Shown: positions 9,289 through 18,421 of the stretch, one piece after another
Position numbering within the stretch: position 1 is the stretch's first letter
Layout: every line of letters begins with the position of its first letter
Virus record (IMG/VR): IMGVR_UViG_3300028585_000023
Coordinates: 370 to 64,369 of that record
Length of the DNA stretch: 64,000 bases
Direction: 5' to 3' (one strand)
Source of the DNA: a virus
The notes under the pieces: model-generated
The model's input: only the letters and a program-made list of their open reading frames with translations
Database searches by the model: none
Told to the model about the DNA's origin: nothing
Position numbers and translations under genes: made by a program

Positions 9289-9312
9289 GTAATATAGAAG
9301 TGAGAAATATTT
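9289..9312 (-). promoter_or_regulatory. Putative phage early promoter (CTATATTAC) upstream of the autotransporter
   Basis: Contains exact TATATTAC, about 85 nt before the ATG. Confidence 0.7.
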
Positions 9313-9328
9313 GATTCTGAATTAAGTC

Positions 9329-9354
9329 GGCATAAAGGGCCCCCGAAGGGACCC
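9329..9354 (-). terminator. Hairpin (UUCG loop) + TTTATGCC terminator
   Basis: GGGTCCC-TTCG-GGGGCCC then TTTATGCC. Confidence 0.82.
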
Positions 9355-9359
9355 GTGTG

Positions 9360-11261
9360 TTATTTTGCTTCTTTCTTGAGCTCAATGTAACGCAGTTCAG
9401 ACTTCGACCACTGTGCTTGGTTAACCTGAACCCGCACTTGCAGGAAGTCTCCTACAATCTTACCCTTCAGGATCAGGTCACCATCATTGGTTGCACCGAT
9501 CCCCGCCTTCTGTCCGATTGACCACTGTTCACTGATATCAGACACATTGGCCAGTGCCGCGACTTCAGCGTCAGCAACCGGAGCAACATCAGCACGGAAG
9601 AAGAACGACACCCCTTTCTCGAAGTGAGTGCTACCCGTTGCGGTAATGATAGGAATGACGTTACGGGTATATCCTTTCAACTGCACATAAAGAACAAAGC
9701 GTGAACCATCTTTGACGATCTTTGCAGCCAGAACAGGCGAGGAACCCGATGGCATGAATGTACCGCCAATTGCACCGTCTTTCTTGTACTGGACACGAAT
9801 CAGGGTATTACCGCCACCTTGACGTGTATCGTCGATATCGTTCAGTACCGCATTGGCAGAGAGGTAGTTGCCAGTGCCTACTAAATTGATATCGATCTGA
9901 TCACCTTCAGCCGGTGAGAAGAACTTACCAACACGGAACCATTTGGCCGTTGCGGCTGAGTTGTTCAGTTTGTTACGAGACATCAACGCACCGAACTCAA
10001 GGGAGCCGTCGGTGTAGATACCGTAGTTCTGGATATCAATACGACCACGTTCCCATTCAGACAGCCATTCTTGCAGATCTGGATCTGGTGAGTAATCGAT
10101 ACCCGAGCCTGACTGGAGATTACGCGCTGTCTCAACCAAACGAGAGTAGGAGGCTTTCAGTTTGGTTTTGCAATCTTCCATGGAGAAGCCAGTGATGACC
10201 CACTGACCATTGGAGATATCACCTGGGTTATCGGAGTGTTCAATCCAACCATTATAAATGAAGGACTGAGTACAACGTGGTAAGTTGAAGACTTTACCTA
10301 AACGACTACCCTGTACGTTGAAGTTAGAAAGTTCAACAGCCGTGGTGTGATCCCATACACCTTTCGCTTGACCGGACCAGGTTGCAGCGATGATATCGCC
10401 GGTACAATCAGATGCGTACCACTGATTCACGCGAGTATCGAGTGTGTCCAACAGACTGATACAAGTACCACCAATCTTTTCGAAGCGTACACAGCTCAGG
10501 TTAAAGAACTGACCACCTGGGATGCTGTTGTTGAAGAAGCCTTTCTTAATTGGTTTATCAACAGTGGAAGTACTGCGGACAATTAAGTTAGCCAATTCTA
10601 CTTTACGTGCTACCAGATCAATCATGAAGTTTTCATCAGTGTTCGACACGAGGATTGTCGAACTGTGATAACCAAAGTTGGTAGCATTGCCCGTAATACG
10701 AATGATGTTAAGTTCTTTGTTCGGTTTGAACTGCGATACAAAGAATGTACCCGCCGGGAAACGAATACCAACACCTTGCATCTTAGATACAGACCAGTTG
10801 TACATATTGGTCATTGCAGGGACGGCATCGGTCTTAGCATCTGGCACCGCTCCCCAATGGGTTACGTTCAGATCGGCCGGATCATTAATTACACGTTCCC
10901 AGTAGAAGCCATTGCCTGCAGCAATTGTACCGCCATCATCAGCACCTTTGCTTAAGTGACCAATAAAGTCACCGCCACCATAACAGGTACCGGTATTCCA
11001 GCCACGCAGAGAAATACGTGCACCTTCCATACGCGGTTTGGTTTTGCGTAATTCATCAAAGGATTGGATTTGCCCAATTAAGCACAGCGCGTCATTGGAC
11101 TTCAGCACATCAACACTCAGGAGATTGGTGAGCTGTTCAGTTAAATCACTTAACGGGAAATAAGACATTTCACCGCCGGTAATAGTGACAACCCGCGTAT
11201 CGGGTTTCGCGCTTGCAAGCAATCGTTGCAGGGGCGATAATACTTCGGCTGTAGCTGCCAT
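9360..11261 (-). CDS. amsF: AmsF/WceF-like exopolysaccharide-associated beta-helix protein (tailspike-like fold)
   Basis: GQIQSFDELR, DDGGTIA, GIRFPAGTFF, LDTLD, WDHTTAVELSNFN, LPRCTQS.I.NGWIEHS..PGDISNGQW, GIGATNDGDL match Erwinia AmsF as recalled; no twin-arginine signal. Confidence 0.82.
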   Translation of the reverse strand: MAATAEVLSPLQRLLASAKPDTRVVTITGGEMSYFPLSDLTEQLTNLLSVDVLKSNDALCLIGQIQSFDELRKTKPRMEGARISLRGWNTGTCYGGGDFIGHLSKGADDGGTIAAGNGFYWERVINDPADLNVTHWGAVPDAKTDAVPAMTNMYNWSVSKMQGVGIRFPAGTFFVSQFKPNKELNIIRITGNATNFGYHSSTILVSNTDENFMIDLVARKVELANLIVRSTSTVDKPIKKGFFNNSIPGGQFFNLSCVRFEKIGGTCISLLDTLDTRVNQWYASDCTGDIIAATWSGQAKGVWDHTTAVELSNFNVQGSRLGKVFNLPRCTQSFIYNGWIEHSDNPGDISNGQWVITGFSMEDCKTKLKASYSRLVETARNLQSGSGIDYSPDPDLQEWLSEWERGRIDIQNYGIYTDGSLEFGALMSRNKLNNSAATAKWFRVGKFFSPAEGDQIDINLVGTGNYLSANAVLNDIDDTRQGGGNTLIRVQYKKDGAIGGTFMPSGSSPVLAAKIVKDGSRFVLYVQLKGYTRNVIPIITATGSTHFEKGVSFFFRADVAPVADAEVAALANVSDISEQWSIGQKAGIGATNDGDLILKGKIVGDFLQVRVQVNQAQWSKSELRYIELKKEAK

Positions 11262-11340
11262 GATAACTCCTAATTAATTGAAAGATACTACTCGGTGATT
11301 TCTTGCAAATCATATTATCAATCAAAAAAAAAATAAGGCA

Positions 11341-11368
11341 GCATAAGGGAGAGCCGAAGCCCTCCCTT
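11341..11368 (-). terminator. Hairpin (UUCG loop) + TATGC terminator
   Basis: AAGGGAGGGC-TTCG-GCTCTCCCTT then ATGC. Confidence 0.8.
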
Positions 11369-11372
11369 AGAA

Positions 11373-11900
11373 TTAGAGTCGATACATGTCTTTGGTGGGC
11401 GCTGTGTACCCAAAGGTTGAGAGCCGATGCGCCAGACGATCCAACTGATAAACTGCCTGTTGTAGGTGATTGTGACTGAACACCAAAACGTCAGTGTACT
11501 TATTGGCCCAGTGCACCGTAACAGAAACTTCTTTGCCGTCGGCCGACTCATTCACCACGATCTTGTTAATCTTCATGTATTCAGTCTGTAAGCCCACAGA
11601 GAGTTTATCAATGACTTCATTATACTCTTTGTGGAATCGTTTCATAATGACTTGAATATTTTCAATCGACCCATCATCGCGCAAATACATCTTAGCGCAC
11701 GCAGTGAGCGTCGCAAGATCAAGTGCACTGTAAAGGTCAGCCATCATTTTACGACTGACATACACGAGGAAACGCAGCTTTGCGTCGTGGCTCGCCGCAA
11801 TGACCGCTTGCTCGTTGTTGTTAACGAGTTTGTGGAATTTAAACAGCAAGAACAATGCTGCGATTAGCAGCACGGTATTGAGAAGGAATCCGTATTCCAT
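11373..11900 (-). CDS. N-terminally membrane-anchored hypothetical protein
   Basis: N-terminal TM then helical domain. Confidence 0.75.
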   Translation of the reverse strand: MEYGFLLNTVLLIAALFLLFKFHKLVNNNEQAVIAASHDAKLRFLVYVSRKMMADLYSALDLATLTACAKMYLRDDGSIENIQVIMKRFHKEYNEVIDKLSVGLQTEYMKINKIVVNESADGKEVSVTVHWANKYTDVLVFSHNHLQQAVYQLDRLAHRLSTFGYTAPTKDMYRL

Positions 11901-11916
11901 GTATCACCTCAGCAGG

Positions 11917-12426
11917 TTATTGATTAGCGGTATCGACTCCTATTTGCATATAACTGCTAATAGCGCGAATACCTGTTATAAAGGATTGTAATCCATAGTC
12001 AGGCAGAAAATGCTTAACCACATCATTACCCTGACCCAAATGGATCAGCAACCAAGTGCCGTCATCGGTATCCTGACGGTCAACCTTGGTTACCATAATA
12101 TCCTCGAAAACAGATGACATCTGAATGGCAGGCGCTACAGCTAAATTGTACCAATTAGTGAAAAGACTGACTGCCGCATGCGCAACCCCGCGGTCATGAT
12201 CAACACTGAATCGCTCATCACGTAAAAACTGCACTTCCTTGTGAGAACGGATTACCTGAGTTTCTAAGGTGAGTAACAGGATACGTGACATTGCCATCAC
12301 GTTCTGCCCGGCACGGTGTTTGTACGTCATCACTCTGCGTTCATGACGCTTACGTAACCAGGTTGCCGCTAATAAAATAGCAAGCGGTACCAGCACTGAA
12401 ATTAAGGTTACTGAAATAGTATCCAT
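11917..12426 (-). CDS. N-terminally membrane-anchored hypothetical protein
   Basis: Likely start MDTISV at 12426; TM followed by basic RKRHERR. Confidence 0.75.
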   Translation of the reverse strand: MDTISVTLISVLVPLAILLAATWLRKRHERRVMTYKHRAGQNVMAMSRILLLTLETQVIRSHKEVQFLRDERFSVDHDRGVAHAAVSLFTNWYNLAVAPAIQMSSVFEDIMVTKVDRQDTDDGTWLLIHLGQGNDVVKHFLPDYGLQSFITGIRAISSYMQIGVDTANQ

Positions 12427-12430
12427 GATG

Positions 12431-12931
12431 TTATCCTTTATTGGCACTGTGCATGACGTTCAGGGTGTCAAGATAGGCTTCCTGATAGACTTGACATCTA
12501 CCTAGGTAGTTGGCAGCCAAGTTCAAATCGACTGTAACGGCAGGTTCGTTATTGCATTGGTAAACTACCGCCACGACGAAATGACTACGGTGGCCAATGC
12601 CATTAACTAAAGACCCTCTTATGGTGATGCTCAGGTTGAAATTGTTAAACTCGCGGACATCGGCCCAGCGATCAAATACTTCACGGATACCATCCAACGT
12701 GTCATCCAGTATCGGTGGTGCAGAGTCGGCTAGCATCATATCCCATGGAATGAATTGCGCGTGACTCACATCAGCCTTACCATTTAACACACGCAGCATC
12801 GACTGGATAACCTGGTCAGGACCGTGGTTCGCCAATCGTTTCTTGTTGCGATTATAAGAGCGAGTAACACTAAACATATACCAGGTGAACAAGCCGATAA
12901 CGCCAGCTAGAACAATTGTGTTAAAATCCAT
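12431..12931 (-). CDS. N-terminally membrane-anchored hypothetical protein
   Basis: TM followed by basic RNKKR. Confidence 0.75.
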   Translation of the reverse strand: MDFNTIVLAGVIGLFTWYMFSVTRSYNRNKKRLANHGPDQVIQSMLRVLNGKADVSHAQFIPWDMMLADSAPPILDDTLDGIREVFDRWADVREFNNFNLSITIRGSLVNGIGHRSHFVVAVVYQCNNEPAVTVDLNLAANYLGRCQVYQEAYLDTLNVMHSANKG

Positions 12932-13042
12932 GAGAATACCCTTAGTTAATTTTAGCCAGCATAACTCTTCACGTTACCCTTAGCTCGGGACAAAGTTTAT
13001 AATCTTTGTATAACAAAGACGACAATTGTACGAAATTACATT

Positions 13043-13068
13043 GGCATAAAAGCCGGCACAAAGCCGGC
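13043..13068 (-). terminator. Hairpin + TTTTATGCC terminator
   Basis: GCCGGC/GCCGGC stem then TTTTATGCC. Confidence 0.75.
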
Positions 13069-13075
13069 CCTTAGT

Positions 13076-13198
13076 TTACCAGTGATGACGCTTGCGACGT
13101 AAACGTTCAATACGCTTCACGTCTTCGGCTTCAACCGCACTCATGCCAAACCAAAGTGCTGCTGCAAAAACGATCATACTAAGCACTGCCCAAATCAT
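13076..13198 (-). CDS. 40-aa membrane peptide with basic tail, not in ORF track
   Basis: MIWAVLSMIVFAAALWFGMSAVEAEDVKRIERLRRKRHHW; ATGA overlap with the HD gene stop. Confidence 0.72.
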   Translation of the reverse strand: MIWAVLSMIVFAAALWFGMSAVEAEDVKRIERLRRKRHHW

Positions 13199-13944
13199 TC
13201 TACCCACTCATCAAAGTTGAGCTCTGCATAGTCCTTCAGCTCGGCCCTGCCTTTTTCACTACCCAGTTGTTCCTTTACTTTAGCGATTGCATCACCGTGC
13301 ATAATCGCTGCGTAAGTCGGGTAGCTCTCCCATGCATAACCACCATCGCCAAACTTCTCAACCATGTGTTCGATAGATTCATCGATGACCGTGTTGATGT
13401 TGATCATTGTCATACGCTTGTAACGGTACTGTACAGCACGACGGATGTATTTCTGTAGATCAGGGTACCCGCGATCAGCAGAGGCCACAGCGTTAGACAC
13501 GGGATTGATACGAGGGTATTTCCAGGAAGCACGATGTTCCAGTACTGCCTGTCCAATCAGATAGATATCTGCACGAGACAGACCATAATCGGCAGCGTGT
13601 GGAGACAATGCCTCGATTGCGTGCTCGGCACCTAACAGATGATGCATGTCGCGATCCACATGACAGTGGGTGTCATGGAACAAACAACCCAGCATGATCT
13701 GCTTACGCCATTTCTCAAGTTCGGGTTGATGTGCAATAATGTCGCTGGCTTCAGCCATCACAACCAGTGCATGATCGGGCTGATGAGCAGCGTCATTCAG
13801 CTTATAGTGATGCATGGCAATAACAACATGCAGACGTTTGATTTCAAAACCAGCGAGAAACTCAATCTTTTTACACAGCTGAGTTGTGTGTTCATTATCA
13901 GGATGGAAAGCAGCGTCCATCTCTTTTGGGAAAGTTACCATCAT
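13195..13944 (-). CDS. HD-domain phosphohydrolase
   Basis: HQPDHALVV...LFHD...HHLLGAE...EHR...ASADR metal-binding pattern. Confidence 0.85.
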   Translation of the reverse strand: MMVTFPKEMDAAFHPDNEHTTQLCKKIEFLAGFEIKRLHVVIAMHHYKLNDAAHQPDHALVVMAEASDIIAHQPELEKWRKQIMLGCLFHDTHCHVDRDMHHLLGAEHAIEALSPHAADYGLSRADIYLIGQAVLEHRASWKYPRINPVSNAVASADRGYPDLQKYIRRAVQYRYKRMTMININTVIDESIEHMVEKFGDGGYAWESYPTYAAIMHGDAIAKVKEQLGSEKGRAELKDYAELNFDEWVE

Positions 13945-13966
13945 GGTCGGTATTCCTTACAATAAG

Positions 13967-14284
13967 TTAATTAGATGACTGCAGTGCAGCCCAGTTAATA
14001 CTGATGGCGATTTCTAACTCTTTCAAGTCGAAACCGACTGGCGCTATTTTAGACCAAACCGCAGGTAGATCAAAATTAGCCTTGCCTGTTGATGGGTCTA
14101 TCACCAGATGTCCGATATCAGGATCGACTGGCTCAAAGGTATACGTACCTTCTGATTCCTTATCAACAAATTTCACTCCAGTAACGAATACATAAAGTAA
14201 CGCACCGGCTGCATTCAGATATTTGTTGACAACGTCATAGCCATCCAGAGTAATGTGGAAGGTATCGCTTTTCTCTAATGACAT
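13967..14284 (-). CDS. Hypothetical protein
   Basis: 105 aa ORF with AAGGAAGG SD. Confidence 0.7.
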   Translation of the reverse strand: MSLEKSDTFHITLDGYDVVNKYLNAAGALLYVFVTGVKFVDKESEGTYTFEPVDPDIGHLVIDPSTGKANFDLPAVWSKIAPVGFDLKELEIAISINWAALQSSN

Positions 14285-14295
14285 GATGCCTTCCT

Positions 14296-14949
14296 TTATT
14301 CGTTGATGTATTTCAGATTGAGAATTGGGTACTGACGAGGCATTGAATGATAGTCAGGATAACCCATCACCCGCGCAATGTGATTATACGATTGCATTAA
14401 CGTCAATGGGTGTAATGGCTCACTGACATTGACATACGAACGATAAGCCTTGCCTAATTTACGAAATTGACGCTTAGATATCTCTTTGGATAAGGCCAGC
14501 ATCAATAGAGGATTTAGAGTCGGTTTACTTTCAATCAGTACCAACGGTTCATCATCTTCCATTTTGGCTTCTAACACCATCCGGTCTGCCTTTCGCCGTT
14601 GCACGTAATTCCGTACGGGAACTGCAGCTCTAACGGTCACATCAATTGAATCATAATTGCGATACCCTACCAAACACGCGACATAGTCACGGGCTTTTCC
14701 TTCCTTTATATCTGCTCCAGCGATTTTTGTTAGACGGTTAGCCGCCGTATTGATATCACGCAGGGAAATGGTTTTACTTGCTTTGAGATACGCGATGATA
14801 CCCTGACCTACCAGGTTCTGTTCGATATTCTCAAGCGTCCATTCCGGTTTGGTAGTCTGACGTTTCTTGTTGCCACCTAAGCGTGTTACTGCCTCATGAG
14901 CTGCTGCGTGCTCACCTAAGGTCTTATTAGCTTTTCTAGCAGTTACCAT
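14296..14949 (-). CDS. Basic protein with a duplicated helical motif
   Basis: ARDYVACLVGYRNYDSI and SYNHIARVMGYPDYHSM. Confidence 0.7.
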   Translation of the reverse strand: MVTARKANKTLGEHAAAHEAVTRLGGNKKRQTTKPEWTLENIEQNLVGQGIIAYLKASKTISLRDINTAANRLTKIAGADIKEGKARDYVACLVGYRNYDSIDVTVRAAVPVRNYVQRRKADRMVLEAKMEDDEPLVLIESKPTLNPLLMLALSKEISKRQFRKLGKAYRSYVNVSEPLHPLTLMQSYNHIARVMGYPDYHSMPRQYPILNLKYINE

Positions 14950-14953
14950 TTGT

Positions 14954-15520
14954 TTACGACTCCACTGTTAATTTGATAGATTGGTAATCAACATGCTTGG
15001 GTGCAAGATCCCACCATTCGGCACGTTCATTGTTATACGGTTGAAATCTGACGAACTCGCCAGTAGAGGTATTCTTAACACAGATTTGATCGACAGCTTC
15101 CATGAACGTGTCACAGAGTAACCAATGTTCTCCGGTGACATGTGCATCATGCACTAACTCTTGTTCGGTTAACGTTGCAGTATCCACAACCGCACTACTC
15201 ACATTGAGTATTGGGCGGTATACCGTAAAACACATAGCGTCACAACCTTCATCTTCAAAGTGATGAGAGATATTCGGATAGATCGCCCAGAAACACTGTT
15301 CGATAGAAGGTGCCACACAGATACGTGGGATTGGCATCTCACTGAAAGAACTGCTCGGATTCTTCGGTGTGTCAAAAGGTGAGTCTGGTAACTTTGGTGT
15401 CCAGATACCTTCACGATCACCGTGGAAACTAATGTGGTATAAAGGAAGAGTGATTTCGTTACCACGTTTAATCAAGTTTCCGTAACGCGCTTTGAACAAT
15501 TGCTGGATATCGGTATCCAT
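14954..15520 (-). CDS. Hypothetical phage protein
   Basis: LYHISF and IPRICVAPSIEQC motifs; function unknown. Confidence 0.7.
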   Translation of the reverse strand: MDTDIQQLFKARYGNLIKRGNEITLPLYHISFHGDREGIWTPKLPDSPFDTPKNPSSSFSEMPIPRICVAPSIEQCFWAIYPNISHHFEDEGCDAMCFTVYRPILNVSSAVVDTATLTEQELVHDAHVTGEHWLLCDTFMEAVDQICVKNTSTGEFVRFQPYNNERAEWWDLAPKHVDYQSIKLTVES

Positions 15521-16221
15521 TACTCCTCCGGTTTAATAACTCCGCTTACAACTAACCCAGTGCCAGCTGCAGTAATACCACCGCCTACCGACACCAGATG
15601 TGATCCTTTGTGAGAGATGATGCTGTCCAGAATCTCTGCCAGAATCCCATTGTATTTGTTCTGATGATCATCGATGCACTGATAAGCATCACTGAAAGTA
15701 TAGCCGTGCTTTGCCACCAGATGTTTTATCAGGAAACCTCTGTAAACATGCAGTGCTGTTTTCCATGGGAGTTCGATGGTCACTTCATTACCTTCCTTGT
15801 TGACCTGCGTGATCACCGGGCACCCTATCATCGCATCGGTCGTGCTGGCAGCATGCTTACGCAATAATCCTGGGCGACGACCTAAGATCTCACTAGGTGA
15901 TGGAACCGGTGTATTGTGTTTCTCCGCAAACACTTTAGCCGCCGGTAATTTTTGAATACTACCGGCAACAGTACGAATCAGTTGTAACGCTGTCTGGTTC
16001 GATATATCGGCGTCGGCAATCAGTTCGAAATAATGATTGATTATTTCAAGGTACGCTTCCCGTGTCATGGACCCCGAGTCATGGCGGGTATTATAAACAC
16101 GGACGATCAGCGACTGCAGGTAGTCCATAAGGAGGGATTCAAATCCTTTCTGATCGATCTCCCCTTCGACCAAGCGTTGCTTCAGACCTTCATACCAGGT
16201 GGTGTACGTTTCTTTGTTCAT
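15520..16221 (-). CDS. Hypothetical protein
   Basis: 233 aa ORF with AGGAG SD. Confidence 0.75.
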   Translation of the reverse strand: MNKETYTTWYEGLKQRLVEGEIDQKGFESLLMDYLQSLIVRVYNTRHDSGSMTREAYLEIINHYFELIADADISNQTALQLIRTVAGSIQKLPAAKVFAEKHNTPVPSPSEILGRRPGLLRKHAASTTDAMIGCPVITQVNKEGNEVTIELPWKTALHVYRGFLIKHLVAKHGYTFSDAYQCIDDHQNKYNGILAEILDSIISHKGSHLVSVGGGITAAGTGLVVSGVIKPEE

Positions 16222-16245
16222 GATGATACTCCTGAATTATAGATA

Positions 16246-16273
16246 AAAAAGAAAAGGGGAGGTAATCCTCCCC
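16246..16273 (-). terminator. Intrinsic terminator
   Basis: GGGGAGG-ATTA-CCTCCCC then TTTTCTTTTTT. Confidence 0.85.
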
Positions 16274-16282
16274 GGATACAGA

Positions 16283-17680
16283 TTAGTGCATCACGACCAG
16301 TAAACAGCTACCAGTCAGATCAACACCGAAGGTTGGTGTAACACGATACTGCGCAGCAGCCTGATGCAGCGCAGACAGCAGTGATTCTTCCAGAGAAACC
16401 GGACCATCGAAAGCATCCCCGCCGTTATAGCCGCCATTGGTGCGATTGAATCGTGGTGTCACATTAGGGATCGGCCACAGCGAAATGAACTGTTGCAGCA
16501 GTGAACCCATAGGTGTGAAGCGGTGCATTTGCGTATGACTGTTGCTGTAATGCAGTCCGCGAACACCCATGCTCGCTGCGTCGAACAGTTCGTGACAGAT
16601 GCGCATTTCGACTATGCCGTTACGCAGGATATCGGTGGTGATTGCTAACACACCGTTTTCAAGTTCCAGTGTATCGGTACGGGTATGCTTCATTAAGAAA
16701 CTCGCATGCCCCTTTTCAAGAGGGTTAGCGATAGCCAGCAATACAGACGCTGTGGTATCTTTCACAAAGTCCAGCAGTTCAGTACGGGCCAGCTGCCGAG
16801 CTGTGGTTACCGGGCAGTAACCGTCACTGAATTGTTGTAACAGACCGTTACGATCACGGGTATTAGGATCGCCGTTGAATCTGGAGCTATTTACACGTTC
16901 CTCCAATGCCTGCTTAGCAACAGTAACCCGATCATTGTTTGTCACCGGTTCACCGAGCTTCATAAAAGCATCGATGTGCGGTGTTTTGATAGGACTGGCG
17001 TACAGACTACGAAGTGTGTCTTCCAGATGTTCACGCTCACTGTCAGGAATGGTACCTACCGCATTGATCAAAGAGATGAAATAGTCGACAAGCAGGATGT
17101 TGTCAACATATTTAGGATCGTCATGATACAATTCCATTACCAGTGCTGAAATTTGTTTCTCAGCATCGGCGTAGAACTTACAGACATTTTGATGGTTTTG
17201 TGAGGTACCAATCACGTTAAATGCATCACGTGCGCTACTGCTCGCTGAGGTAGGTTTGTTTGCACAAACCCAGTTCTCGACTTCAGCCTTGGTTGGGAAC
17301 TTTGGAAAAGTCTTTTTCTCTTCAGCCTTCACGGCCTGATCCTTTTCTCTTTTAAGGTATGCTGCTACTTGAACCGCATTGAAATTATCCAAGGCTATCC
17401 TGACTACCTCTACTGTGTCGGCTCCACTCTTACCCAGCGTATAAGCGATATTTACAACTGTAGTTTGCGTGAAGACATGGTCATAACCCACTGCATTCAG
17501 AATATCGGCAATGAGCTCAGCTTTATTCCGGGTAATTTCTTTACCACCTTCAAAGAAAGCGTCAAGGGCGTCGACGATCCCCCTTTCAAATTCGATCACC
17601 GTAATTTTATTGGATTTCAAATTTGTTTTCAGGTCCATGTACCAGTCGAACAAAGCTGTTTTAGATCTCAGTGCTGCCAT
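16283..17680 (-). CDS. Hypothetical protein, 465 aa
   Basis: Long ORF with AGGAG SD, monocistronic between an early-type promoter and a terminator. Confidence 0.8.
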   Translation of the reverse strand: MAALRSKTALFDWYMDLKTNLKSNKITVIEFERGIVDALDAFFEGGKEITRNKAELIADILNAVGYDHVFTQTTVVNIAYTLGKSGADTVEVVRIALDNFNAVQVAAYLKREKDQAVKAEEKKTFPKFPTKAEVENWVCANKPTSASSSARDAFNVIGTSQNHQNVCKFYADAEKQISALVMELYHDDPKYVDNILLVDYFISLINAVGTIPDSEREHLEDTLRSLYASPIKTPHIDAFMKLGEPVTNNDRVTVAKQALEERVNSSRFNGDPNTRDRNGLLQQFSDGYCPVTTARQLARTELLDFVKDTTASVLLAIANPLEKGHASFLMKHTRTDTLELENGVLAITTDILRNGIVEMRICHELFDAASMGVRGLHYSNSHTQMHRFTPMGSLLQQFISLWPIPNVTPRFNRTNGGYNGGDAFDGPVSLEESLLSALHQAAAQYRVTPTFGVDLTGSCLLVVMH

Positions 17681-17727
17681 GATAAAGCTCCTTACAAGGG
17701 TTAAATTGGATTGGTTAATTCACGTGT

Positions 17728-17748
17728 GTCATGTAGGTTTGAGATTTT
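17728..17748 (-). promoter_or_regulatory. Putative early promoter variant (AAAATCTCAAAC-CTACATGAC)
   Basis: One mismatch to CTACATTAC, similar upstream AAAA...AAAC. Confidence 0.55.
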
Positions 17749-17774
17749 CTGCAGTTAACTTTATTCGCTATATC

Positions 17775-17802
17775 GGCATAAAAGGAGGACCGAAGTCCTC
17801 CT
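17775..17802 (-). terminator. Hairpin (UUCG loop) + TTTTATGCC terminator
   Basis: AGGAGGAC-TTCG-GTCCTCCT then TTTATGCC. Confidence 0.87.
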
Positions 17803-17807
17803 CTAAA

Positions 17808-18200
17808 TTATGCGACATCCAATACAATGTTTTTCTCTACCTCCAGGCTTCTACCGCTTAATGCCACTTGCAATTGATACCCATCCCATTTATGCACTTC
17901 TTTTAGCATGAGGAGGAGGTCGGTTGCCACCAGACCGTGATGAGTATACAATGTAGAATGACTACAGTCTCGGCCATTAAAGTCGAATAAACACGATACA
18001 TCTACTGTCTTAACCTGATCTACAACAACATCGCCGTTTTTGGAAATGAATCTGTAGTGAACTACTTCTACCTTGAATTCCCGTCGGGAACACTTGGCAA
18101 GTCCGTTACGCATCTTGATGAGGAATTGCTTGAGGTTTTGAACGTCTTCATCACCACTTACCTCACCAAATGTTAATGTACAGTTTTCATTACAGTTCAT
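17808..18200 (-). CDS. Hypothetical protein
   Basis: 130 aa ORF with GGAG SD. Confidence 0.65.
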   Translation of the reverse strand: MNCNENCTLTFGEVSGDEDVQNLKQFLIKMRNGLAKCSRREFKVEVVHYRFISKNGDVVVDQVKTVDVSCLFDFNGRDCSHSTLYTHHGLVATDLLLMLKEVHKWDGYQLQVALSGRSLEVEKNIVLDVA

Positions 18201-18226
18201 GTTATTGCTCCGTCAATACACAGGGG

Positions 18227-18421
18227 TTAACCTACGTTGATGGCTCTGGCTAAATAACGCTCATCTACAACATCTTGGATAGTCACGTTGTCAACGCCCT
18301 TTGCAATCGCGGCCATTAATACTGCTTGTGTTTTAATCGGCACTTGATGCTTGGATGTTAGCTCAACCAACTTTCTTTCGACCAGTTCATAAGCATCGCT
18401 AGAGATATGCACCGTAGGCAT
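18227..18421 (-). CDS. Small protein, possible ribbon-helix-helix-like DNA binder
   Basis: N-terminal TVHIS strand then two helices; coupled to the thyA stop. Confidence 0.5.
   Translation of the reverse strand: MPTVHISSDAYELVERKLVELTSKHQVPIKTQAVLMAAIAKGVDNVTIQDVVDERYLARAINVG

Noticed and set aside
11324-11333. Poly-A run as a phase-variable switch for amsF
   Set aside because: It is intergenic and just downstream of a terminator hairpin, so it is more simply the U-rich tail or an AT-rich promoter region.
12932-13026. Possible riboswitch in the leader of the membrane-protein trio (CTTTG/CAAAG alternative pairings, CTAAGGGTA twice)
   Set aside because: Stems are only 5 bp in AT-rich sequence and could arise by chance; no known aptamer motif.
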